Shown one piece after another: positions 17,691 to 25,212 of a stretch of 64,000 nt of DNA. How positions within the stretch are numbered: position 1 is the first letter of the stretch; every line of letters starts with the position of its first letter. The position numbers and the translations under genes were made by a program. The notes under the pieces were generated by a model, which was given only the letters and a program-made list of their open reading frames with translations, was not told where the DNA came from and did not search any database. The DNA comes from an archaeon (lineage in GTDB: Archaea; Nanobdellota; Nanobdellia; Pacearchaeales; DTIR01), in the NCBI GenBank assembly GCA_043799715.1, contig JAZDNM010000005.1, positions 4,859 through 68,858 of the forward strand, in the 5' to 3' direction.

Positions 17691-18692
17691 ATGAGGATAT
17701 TATTATCAAAAGCTTCTAGAATAAGATTATTTGATTATCTAAAACAGGAATATAAGGCAGAAACATTAAGCCAGTTATCCACAAAGTTGGATATTTCTTC
17801 TTCGACATTAGACAAGTGGTTATATAACCCTGAGAGGTATATCCCCCTAAAATTTATACCATCAAATCTCAATTTGGAAATAATTGATGAAAAACCAGAT
17901 AACTGGGGGCAGATTAAAGGAGGGCAAGAAACTTATAAAGTATTAGTCCAAAAATATGGTATCAAGGAGATAAGGAAAAGACAATCCAAGGGGGGGATAA
18001 TCAGCTCATCAAAAAGAGATTTACGAGAAAAAGAAAGTTTCAAATTGGACATATTCCATCCCTTATTTCTAGAATTTTATGGAGCCCTACTCGGTGATGG
18101 ATGGTTAAGTTCCTTATCTTATAATTATAAGACCAAAAGAAGTTATTGGTGGGTGGGGCTGAGCGGCCATTCCGTATTGGACAAAGAATATCTAATGTTC
18201 TTAAAGGGGATAATTAAGAAACTATTCGGCAAAAATGCTCTTGTTAAGTATAAGCGGGATGCTAAGGGAATGGAAATTTTGTTTTGCCACAAACAATTAA
18301 TTCTATTTATGAATAAAGAATTAGAATTCCCTATAGGTAAAAAAATAAATCTGAGAATAAAAAATAGCCTTGCTAATGATTGGAATAAAATTAAGTATAT
18401 CCTAAAGGGAATTTTTGATACCGATGGTTCTTTTTATTTAGATAAAACTCCTTCTGGAAATCCTTACCCTATTATTACAATATCAATGAAATCGCCGTTT
18501 CTCTTGGCTCAGCTAAATAAACAACTTTTAGCTAATAACTTTAAGGTTAGATTTCGAGAATATGAATTAATTTTAAAAGGCAGCATACAAGTTACAAAAT
18601 GGATGAGAGAGATAGGCTCAAACAATCCCAAACATTTTTTAAAGTATCAATCATGGTTGGATCATAATGTCCCTGTGGCGCAACTTGGATAG
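17691..18692 (+). mobile_element. LAGLIDADG homing-endonuclease-like gene (two-motif, monomeric type) with an N-terminal HTH-like extension
   Basis: Motifs LEFYGALLGDGWLS and ILKGIFDTDGSFYLD lie about 100 aa apart. The N-terminal LSQLSTKLDISSSTLDKWL looks like an HTH. The last 8 codons and the stop codon lie inside the downstream tRNA. Confidence 0.8.
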
Positions 18693-18743
18693 CGCGGCAG
18701 CCCCCTAAGCTGTAGGTTGCAGGTTCAAATCCTGCCAGGGACG
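18669..18743 (+). tRNA. tRNA-Arg(CCU), complete and intron-less, with C rather than U at position 33
   Basis: Acceptor GTCCCTG/CAGGGAC, D-stem GCGC/GCGC, anticodon stem GCAGC/GCTGT, loop CCCCTAA (CCT at 18704-18706), T-arm GCAGG-TTCAAAT-CCTGC, discriminator G, then TTTT. Confidence 0.8.
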
Positions 18744-18752
18744 TTTTGATAT

Positions 18753-18800
18753 CTCTTGCTTGCAATGAGAGGGTCGGGGGTTCAAATCCTCCGGGGCGTT
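18753..18800 (+). tRNA. Orphan tRNA 3' fragment: D-stem closing C, anticodon arm, T-arm and acceptor 3' strand. It is the proposed exon or half 2 of the split tRNA, and the best register gives anticodon GCA (Cys).
   Basis: C-T-CTTGC-TTGCAAT-GAGAG-GGTC-GGGGG-TTCAAAT-CCTCC-GGGGCGT-T. The 3' acceptor strand pairs with GCTCCCC at 6 of 7 positions (G1-U72 wobble, U3-C70 mismatch). The U73 discriminator fits Cys. Confidence 0.5.
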
Positions 18801-18872
18801 TAGCAAATTTTTTAAATAGGGATTTATAGGGAACTAAGAGGTGTTCAGCCTCAGACTGCTTCTGAGATAAAA

Positions 18873-19439
18873 ATGTCAAAATTATTTTATGATATAACAC
18901 TGGACGCCATAAGAGCAACATACGGGATGCTCAAGCCATTGAATAAACTGAGCATAAAGGTAGAGGGAAAATTTCCAGAGGAGCCCAGCCTTCTGACTCT
19001 AAATCATTTCCATAAGATAAGATTCTGGTTTTTTGGCTGGCATAACAAATGGGCAGACCACCTTCTTACTGCGTATCTGCCGACAGACAAGATAGTTCAT
19101 TTTGCGGTCCAAGATAGGCAGTACATGAAGCCATTTACAAGATTTATTTTAGAAAGGCTCGAAACATTCCCAGCCAAGAGCGTAAGAAAAGGGATAAAGT
19201 ATGCGAGGAAAGGGGAAATGGTTGCGATATTTCCCCAGGGAGAAGCCCATAAACTTTACGAGAATAAATATTACAAAGGCGCTGCGTTTATGGCGCAGAG
19301 AGGCAACGTTGATATCACCCCCTTGAAAATATCCAGCAAAGGAAATGAATTAATAATAAACATACTGCCAAAAATTGCTTCAAAAGGCAAGACACTTGAG
19401 CAGCTGACACAGGAGATAGAAGAGGTTTATTCTGAATAA
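18873..19439 (+). CDS. Putative lysophospholipid/glycerolipid acyltransferase (PlsC-like), weakly supported
   Basis: LTLNHFHK... and IFPQGEA resemble LPLAT blocks I and III, but the Asp of the canonical HxxxxD motif is not evident. Confidence 0.35.
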   Translation: MSKLFYDITLDAIRATYGMLKPLNKLSIKVEGKFPEEPSLLTLNHFHKIRFWFFGWHNKWADHLLTAYLPTDKIVHFAVQDRQYMKPFTRFILERLETFPAKSVRKGIKYARKGEMVAIFPQGEAHKLYENKYYKGAAFMAQRGNVDITPLKISSKGNELIINILPKIASKGKTLEQLTQEIEEVYSE

Positions 19440-19564
19440 TTAATTTTGCTCGGAGTTACGCTCTGATTATTGATATTCTCGATTTTAGCAGAGCGAAACC
19501 CCTCGAGGTCTCGCATTTGGATTTTTTATATTTATACTCTATTTGAGTAAATCAAAATGCTCGA

Positions 19565-19696
19565 TGGGGCTGCCCAGATTTGAACTGGGGTCGCATGCTT
19601 TTCAGTTTACAAGTTTCTCTTTGCCAAGGATTTCTCTTTTCTAAAGAGAAATGCTTTCCCTAAGCACGAAGGCTAACCAGACTATCCCACAGCCCC
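19565..19696 (-). tRNA. tRNA-Pro with a 58-nt intron at 37/38 (intron about 19600-19657). The anticodon reads AGG in the canonical register.
   Basis: Minus strand: GGGGCTG-TG-GGAT-AGTCTGGTTA-GCCT-T-CGTGC-TTAGGG|intron|A-GCATG-CGAC-CCCAG-TTCAAAT-CTGGG-CAGCCCC-A. G37 and the overall sequence resemble archaeal tRNA-Pro. Confidence 0.8.
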
Positions 19697-19701
19697 GTAA
19701 A

Positions 19702-19871
19702 TGCGCCGGCTGGGACTCGAACCCAGATAATCAGCTATCTTTTGAGGAATTTCTTCCCGAAGCTTCTTTTCCGCGAAAAGCTATGCTTTTCGGGGCATAG
19801 GAAATCTCAGATTTCCTCTGTTAAAGAAGGCTCTTGGAAGGCTGAAGTCTTAGCCATTGGACCACCGGCGC
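19702..19871 (-). tRNA. tRNA-Gly(UCC) with a 98-nt intron at 37/38 (intron about 19737-19834)
   Basis: Minus strand: GCGCCGG-TG-GTCC-AATGGCTA-AGAC-T-TCAGC-CTTCCA|intron|A-GCTGA-TTAT-CTGGG-TTCGAGT-CCCAG-CCGGCGC-A. Only 5 nt separate it from tRNA-Pro. Confidence 0.85.
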
Positions 19872-19961
19872 ATATAAACCCCCAACGGGCTTGATTTAGA
19901 TATCCTCATTCTGGCTTAAAAACTTTTCCGCAAAAACCTAAAGGTTTCATCTGTTAAAAAG

Positions 19962-19971
19962 GTTTTTAAAG
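19962..19971 (+). promoter_or_regulatory. TATA-like box for secF
   Basis: GTTTTTAAAG is centred about 26 nt upstream of the ATG at 19993. Confidence 0.45.
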
Positions 19972-19992
19972 ATTTTCTGTCCTAAGATTACC

Positions 19993-20880
19993 ATGAATAA
20001 TGGCGAGGAAAGCAAGCACACAGGCAGGGGATGGTATGACAAATATTGGAAATTCCTCCTTGCTTTTTCAGTCCTGATGACTTTAGTTGCCCTTGCTTAT
20101 CTTGTTTTTTTCTATATCCAAACAGGGGATATCATGCATAAGGATGTTGCTCTTGGAGGCGGTACAACAATAACTATCTATTCAGGTGAAAATATTGACA
20201 ATATAAAAAATGCATTTCCGAGCGAAACTATAAGGAAATTAAGCGATTTCCAGACAGGCAAACAACTTGCATTCTTCATAGAAACAAGCAAGCAGCCAGA
20301 AGAAATAATGCCTATGCTTGAGTCCTTTCTGGGATATAATCTCACAGAGGAAAATTCAAGCGTTGAATTTACAGGCTCAAGCTTGAGCGAGAGTTTTTAC
20401 AAGGAACTCAGGAATTCTCTGGGGCTTGCATTCCTTCTGATGGCAATAGTTGTCTTTTTCATATTCAGAACTTCAATTCCTGCTCTCGCAGTCTTACAGG
20501 CGGGCTTTACGGACATAGTAGTTCCATTAGCATTTGTCGACTTTATAGGATTCAAGCTGTCAAGCGCAGGAATAGCCGCGTTCCTTATGCTTATTGGTTA
20601 TAGTGTAGATACAGACATCCTGCTAACAAACAGAGTGCTAAGAAAAGGGGATATGCCTTTGAATGAACGGATGAAATCAGCACTGAAAACAGGGCTGACA
20701 ATGACTCTCACATCTCTTGTGGCAGTTTCAATTGCTTATTTTATCGTTAAGGACCTGTCCCCTGTTCTTTCAGAAATATTCTTCATATTAAGCTTAGGTT
20801 TGGTAGTTGATATGATAAGCACATGGTTTGGCAATACTGGAATATTAAAATGGTACTGCATAAAAAAAGGAATAAAATGA
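19993..20880 (+). CDS. secF: Protein-export membrane protein SecF
   Basis: Six TM helices with a periplasmic loop after TM1. GYSVDTDILLTNRV motif. Immediately precedes secD, as in archaea. Confidence 0.8.
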   Translation: MNNGEESKHTGRGWYDKYWKFLLAFSVLMTLVALAYLVFFYIQTGDIMHKDVALGGGTTITIYSGENIDNIKNAFPSETIRKLSDFQTGKQLAFFIETSKQPEEIMPMLESFLGYNLTEENSSVEFTGSSLSESFYKELRNSLGLAFLLMAIVVFFIFRTSIPALAVLQAGFTDIVVPLAFVDFIGFKLSSAGIAAFLMLIGYSVDTDILLTNRVLRKGDMPLNERMKSALKTGLTMTLTSLVAVSIAYFIVKDLSPVLSEIFFILSLGLVVDMISTWFGNTGILKWYCIKKGIK

Positions 20881-20887
20881 TTTTAAA

Positions 20888-22609
20888 ATGGTAAAAATAA
20901 CATTCAGAATCTGGATTTACATTCTTTTCATGATTATTGCGCTTATTGCAATTCATCCTACATTTACCACAGGTGTTGTAATTAAGAGCATAGAGCAAAA
21001 TTCAAGCCTGGCAGCGGCGGGCATCTCAACAGGGGAAATAATCAGAGCAATAAACAGCGTTCCTATCAAGAATATTCAGGATTATTCCGCTGCTGTGTCT
21101 GGAATTGATGTCTCATCTTTTGATTTTTTAGTCCTGACAGACAATGGAATGTTTAATTACAGCAGCAAGACAATAGATTTTGAAATAGAAAATTTAACAA
21201 TAACTTCTGTTTATGGGAATGCCTTGCCAGCTGGATTAAAGATAGGGCTTACAATCAAGAAAATTAATGATTATGAGATTAAAAGCGATTATGATTTTTA
21301 TGTTGCAAAGAATGCCCTTGAGCCAAAGCTGAAAATAAGCATTGAAACGAATAAGCAGTCATATTCTGTATTTATCAATGGACCTCTTGATATCTCCGTG
21401 GGAACTGTGCCAAAAACCCGGATAAAAACAGGATTGGATTTGCAAGGCGGTGCAAGGGGTTTGGTTAAGCCAGAGAGAAAACTTTTTGCCAATGAAATGC
21501 AGGATTTATTGGAAGTTTCAAGATATAGGCTGAATGTTTATGGAATAAGCGATGTTAATGTAAGAACTGCAAGTGACTTGAGCGGCAATACATACATGCT
21601 TGTGGAAGTTGCAGGCGCAACAACAGCAGAGCTCAAGGACTTGATAGGCAAGCAGGGCAAGTTTGAGGCAAAGATTGGAAATGAAACTGTTTTTCTTGGA
21701 GGCAAGGAGGATATAACCTCTGTCTGCAGGAATGATGCAATGTGTGCAGGGATATCTGCGTGCGATGAAGTTCAAGGGGGATATTCATGCAAATTCCAAT
21801 TTGTGATTTATCTGTCTGAAAAAGCTGCGAAAAAGCACGCGGATATTACCTCTTTGCTTTCAGTCAATGCAACCGAAAGCGGGAGCGAGAATTATCTGAG
21901 CAAGAAGCTTGACTTGTATCTTGATGACAAGCTTGTTGACTCCTTGTTTATCAGCGAGGATTTGCAAGGCAAGGTTACAACGCAAATACAGGTTCAAGGC
22001 GGGGGTTCAGGGGCTACTGAAAAAGACGCAGTTCTTGCTGCACAGAAATCAATGCAGAAGCTCCAGACAGTACTGATAACAGGCAGCCTGCCATTTAAAC
22101 TGGAGATAGTAAAGCTTGATTCTATTTCGCCTGCCTTAGGCGATGAGTTCATGAGGGGCATCTTTTTAGCAGCACTGGCAGCAGTAGTTTCTGTATTCCT
22201 TGTATTATACATCAGATACAGAAAGCTGAAAATTTCTTCACTTATCTTCTGCACAGTTGCTTCAGAAATCTTCATGACAATTGGCTTGGCTGCGCTGATA
22301 AGATGGAACCTTGATTTGCCAAGCATTGCCGGAATAATCGCTGCTATTGGCACTGGCGTTGACGACCAGATAGTTATTGTTGACGAGTCAAGAACAAGCA
22401 GCGAGCATGGATGGAAAGAAAGAATAAAGCGGGCTTTCACGATAATCTTCGGAGCTTACTCAACTGTAGTTGCTTCCTTGCTTCCTTTGGGATGGGCTGG
22501 TGCAGGATTATTGAAGGGTTTTGCAATAACAACCCTTTTAGGGATTTCAATAGGTGTTTTTGTTACAAGGCCTGCATTTGCGGATGTGCTGAGCCAGGTT
22601 GAGAAGTAA
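20888..22609 (+). CDS. secD: Protein-export membrane protein SecD (with an N-terminal PDZ-like extension)
   Basis: Large extracytoplasmic domain (LDLQGGARGLV...), then TM helices with GTGVDDQIVIVDE. The early segment GISTGEIIRAINSVPI looks PDZ-like. Confidence 0.8.
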   Translation: MVKITFRIWIYILFMIIALIAIHPTFTTGVVIKSIEQNSSLAAAGISTGEIIRAINSVPIKNIQDYSAAVSGIDVSSFDFLVLTDNGMFNYSSKTIDFEIENLTITSVYGNALPAGLKIGLTIKKINDYEIKSDYDFYVAKNALEPKLKISIETNKQSYSVFINGPLDISVGTVPKTRIKTGLDLQGGARGLVKPERKLFANEMQDLLEVSRYRLNVYGISDVNVRTASDLSGNTYMLVEVAGATTAELKDLIGKQGKFEAKIGNETVFLGGKEDITSVCRNDAMCAGISACDEVQGGYSCKFQFVIYLSEKAAKKHADITSLLSVNATESGSENYLSKKLDLYLDDKLVDSLFISEDLQGKVTTQIQVQGGGSGATEKDAVLAAQKSMQKLQTVLITGSLPFKLEIVKLDSISPALGDEFMRGIFLAALAAVVSVFLVLYIRYRKLKISSLIFCTVASEIFMTIGLAALIRWNLDLPSIAGIIAAIGTGVDDQIVIVDESRTSSEHGWKERIKRAFTIIFGAYSTVVASLLPLGWAGAGLLKGFAITTLLGISIGVFVTRPAFADVLSQVEK

Positions 22610-22705
22610 AATCAAAGCAGTTAATTTTCTGATCAAGGAACACCCTTTCACAATCTTTATAAGCTTTTTTTTCTCAAGGAGTTTTGCTAATAAATAGAAT
22701 AGAAA

Positions 22706-23428
22706 ATGGTAGAATCAATTAGGGAACTCAAAAAAAAGTGCATGGGCACGCGCCCAGAAACTAAGGTTAAATGGCAGAACCATATTGCAATTTATCTGAC
22801 TAAACTCTTTTTGTATACTCCGTTAACCGCAAATCAGATATGCATCCTCTGGATAGCTATAGAAATTGCAGCAATAATCCTGCTTATTAAGGGCACATAT
22901 TTCTATTATGTTCTATCCATGCTTCTGGTCCAGATTTCAGCTATAATAGACACATCAGATGGCCAGGTTGCAAGATATAAGAATAACAAGACTGTTTTAG
23001 GGTACTATACCGATCTTCTGGCTCATAGTTTTTTTGTGCCATTGACTTTTATCTGCCTGGGAATTGGAATAAGCAGGATATCACAAGACTATCTTTACCT
23101 ATTTTTAGGAATTGGAACATCTATCTTGTTCTTGATAAGGGATTCAATAAACAATCCTGTGGTGAATAACGCCAAGAAGCCCGACAAGAAATTAGTGGCT
23201 GGAAAAAAAGTGCAATCTAAAGGTAGCATAATAGCTAAGATTAGGAGGTTATCCGGAGAGTGGCTGGAACTGAGCCTTATGCTAAGCGTGATGTTTTTTG
23301 GGTTGATATTCAATCTGCCAAAACAGACCCTTTGGGTTTATTTTATTGTCATACTCCTCAATCTTATTTATGAAATCAGTTCAACAATCCATTACCTCTT
23401 AAAAAATCACCCTAAACTTATTATCTAA
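22706..23428 (+). CDS. CDP-alcohol phosphatidyltransferase-family membrane protein (variant motif)
   Basis: DTSDGQVAR-x8-G-x3-D-x3-H matches D-x2-DG-x2-AR-x8-G-x3-D-x3-D, except that the last Asp is His. Confidence 0.65.
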   Translation: MVESIRELKKKCMGTRPETKVKWQNHIAIYLTKLFLYTPLTANQICILWIAIEIAAIILLIKGTYFYYVLSMLLVQISAIIDTSDGQVARYKNNKTVLGYYTDLLAHSFFVPLTFICLGIGISRISQDYLYLFLGIGTSILFLIRDSINNPVVNNAKKPDKKLVAGKKVQSKGSIIAKIRRLSGEWLELSLMLSVMFFGLIFNLPKQTLWVYFIVILLNLIYEISSTIHYLLKNHPKLII

Positions 23429-23459
23429 ATGATTAAAAAACAAAGGTTATACTCAACAA

Positions 23460-23894
23460 ATGAAAGATAATAAAATTATTGTTTATACAGCAGGAACCTG
23501 GGACTTGTTCCATATAGGGCATTTAAATCTGATAAGAAAATCCAAGGAATTGGGAGATAGGTTAATTGTTGGTGTAAGCACAGATGAACTGGTTGCATCT
23601 TATAAAAAATATCCTCCAATTGTTCCTTATGAAGATAGGGTAGAGATTATAAAAAGCTGCAGGTATGTGGATGAGGTTGTAAAACAGGAAAAACTGCTGG
23701 AGATTCAGCAAATCAAAGACTTAAATGTAGATATACTCACGATTGCGGACAGCTGGAAAAATGAATATTTGGAAGGATTAGAGTGGGCAAAAAAGAACAT
23801 CAAAGTTGTCTTTTTGCCTTACACCTCAAGAGTTAGTTCCACATATCTTAAACATAAAATAAAAAGAGAATGGCCTCCTGAACCAAAAAAATGA
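23460..23894 (+). CDS. Cytidylyltransferase (TagD / glycerol-3-phosphate or phospho-alcohol cytidylyltransferase-like)
   Basis: GTWDLFHIGHLNLIRKSKELGD..IVGVSTDE (HxGH nucleotidyltransferase motif), 144 aa. Confidence 0.8.
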   Translation: MKDNKIIVYTAGTWDLFHIGHLNLIRKSKELGDRLIVGVSTDELVASYKKYPPIVPYEDRVEIIKSCRYVDEVVKQEKLLEIQQIKDLNVDILTIADSWKNEYLEGLEWAKKNIKVVFLPYTSRVSSTYLKHKIKREWPPEPKK

Positions 23895-24622
23895 ACTCCC
23901 TGCAAAATAAGAATGTTTTAGTGACAGGCTCAAGTTCCGGCATAGGAGAGTCAATAGCAGAAAAATTTGCTGAGCAAAAGGCAAATGTGGGCATCCATTA
24001 CTGCCATAACAAGAAAGGGGCATTTGATCTGGCAAAAAAGCTGGCAAAACTCACCAAAGTCAAGGTATACTGCCAGGATTTAGAATCTGATAAGTTAGAT
24101 TTGGTTCATCAGTTCATCAAAGATTTTGGCAGTATTGACATCTTGATTAATAACGCGGGAATACCTGGCTCAGAATCATTTTTTGACATGTCTTCAAAAG
24201 ATTATGATAAAATCTTCAAAATTAATTCAAGGTCCGCTTTTATTTTGGCTAAGGATGCTTTCCAATACATGAAAAAAAACAAGTTTGGCAGAATCATCAA
24301 TATAAGTTCATTTGCAGTTAAGTATGGGAGGGGGAGAAATGATTCAATACAATATGCTGCAACAAAAGCAACATTGGAGACATTGACTACTGGATTGTCT
24401 ATTCTGGGCGCGGAATATAATATCTTGGTAAACGCAATAAGACCAGGCATAATAATGACTAAACTTCAGAAAAATAGAAAAGATTTGGATAAAAGAATAA
24501 AGCTTATTCCACTCAAAAGAGCAGGTAATGTTGACGATATTTCTGACTTGGTAGTTTACTTGGCTTCTGAAAAAGGGGATTTCATAACCGGGCAGATTAT
24601 TTCAGTTAGCGGCGGGGAATGA
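23891..24622 (+). CDS. Short-chain dehydrogenase/reductase (FabG-like)
   Basis: VTGSSSGIGESIA Rossmann motif, NNAG, and a catalytic YAATKA (YxxxK). Confidence 0.85.
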   Translation: MNSLQNKNVLVTGSSSGIGESIAEKFAEQKANVGIHYCHNKKGAFDLAKKLAKLTKVKVYCQDLESDKLDLVHQFIKDFGSIDILINNAGIPGSESFFDMSSKDYDKIFKINSRSAFILAKDAFQYMKKNKFGRIINISSFAVKYGRGRNDSIQYAATKATLETLTTGLSILGAEYNILVNAIRPGIIMTKLQKNRKDLDKRIKLIPLKRAGNVDDISDLVVYLASEKGDFITGQIISVSGGE

Positions 24623-25191
24623 AGAAGGGAAAGACAATGGCAATTACTGAAAAAGAGATAGAACTTTTTAGGAAAAAAGCACTTGATTTAGGGGCTTCAA
24701 AAGCAATCTTGGTCTCTCCAAGAGAGGATTTAGTATTTGATGACAGGACTGAACTGCTTTGCTTTACCTGCCCGCATCACAATATCAAGCCCTGCTGCCC
24801 GCCATATGCTCCCAAGATAGATTACAAGGAAGCAATCAAAAAATATGAACAAGGGCTGATTGTGATACTCAATTTTGAGTTCAAGGATAAAGAGGAATTT
24901 GATAGGCTTAGAGTAGAATCTACCAACAAACTGCATAAAATCCTGCTGGAGCTGGAAAAACAGGCATTTGAAAGAGGAAATTATTTTGCCACATCCTTTA
25001 TAGGCGGCTCTTGCAAGCTATGCCTTGAAGGATGCACAAAAGAATGCAAGCAGCCGGCTTTGTCGAGGATTCCATTGGAAGCAGCAAGAGTTGATATAGT
25101 CCAAACAGCCAAAAAATGTGGGATTGATATTTCTTTCCCTGTTAAGAAAGAAAAGAGGTTTAGCAGGGTTGGCTTGTTGCTCGTCAGATAA
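24619..25191 (+). CDS. DUF2284-type cysteine-rich predicted metal-binding protein
   Basis: CFTCPHHNIKPCCPPYAP and GGSCKLCLEGC cysteine clusters. Confidence 0.5.
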   Translation: MKKGKTMAITEKEIELFRKKALDLGASKAILVSPREDLVFDDRTELLCFTCPHHNIKPCCPPYAPKIDYKEAIKKYEQGLIVILNFEFKDKEEFDRLRVESTNKLHKILLELEKQAFERGNYFATSFIGGSCKLCLEGCTKECKQPALSRIPLEAARVDIVQTAKKCGIDISFPVKKEKRFSRVGLLLVR

Positions 25192-25212
25192 GCTGATTAA
25201 AATAGAGGTAAA

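Noticed and set aside
18752-18800. Alternative register that makes the split tRNA a tRNA-Ala(UGC)
   Set aside because: Stem TCTTG/TGAGA with loop CTTGCAA folds without mismatches. However, the acceptor lacks the universal G3-U70 Ala identity pair (it is U3-C70), the discriminator is U, and the D-stem would close with G-U. The Cys(GCA) register fits more features, but the choice is not certain.
18592-18921. 109-aa minus-strand ORF over the tRNA-Arg and tRNA 3' fragment
   Set aside because: It is antisense to tRNA sequences. Its translation contains GFEPPT/GFEPAT, which is just the reverse-translated T-arm.
19459-19513. Inverted repeat CGCTCTG...CAGAGCG and the palindrome CCTCGAGG, considered as a C/D-box or other sRNA
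   Set aside because: No RUGAUGA C box on either strand. The element lies in the convergent 3' region between the acyltransferase-like gene and tRNA-Pro and is adequately explained as 3'-end structure. Archaeal termination there is more plausibly due to the nearby T-runs.
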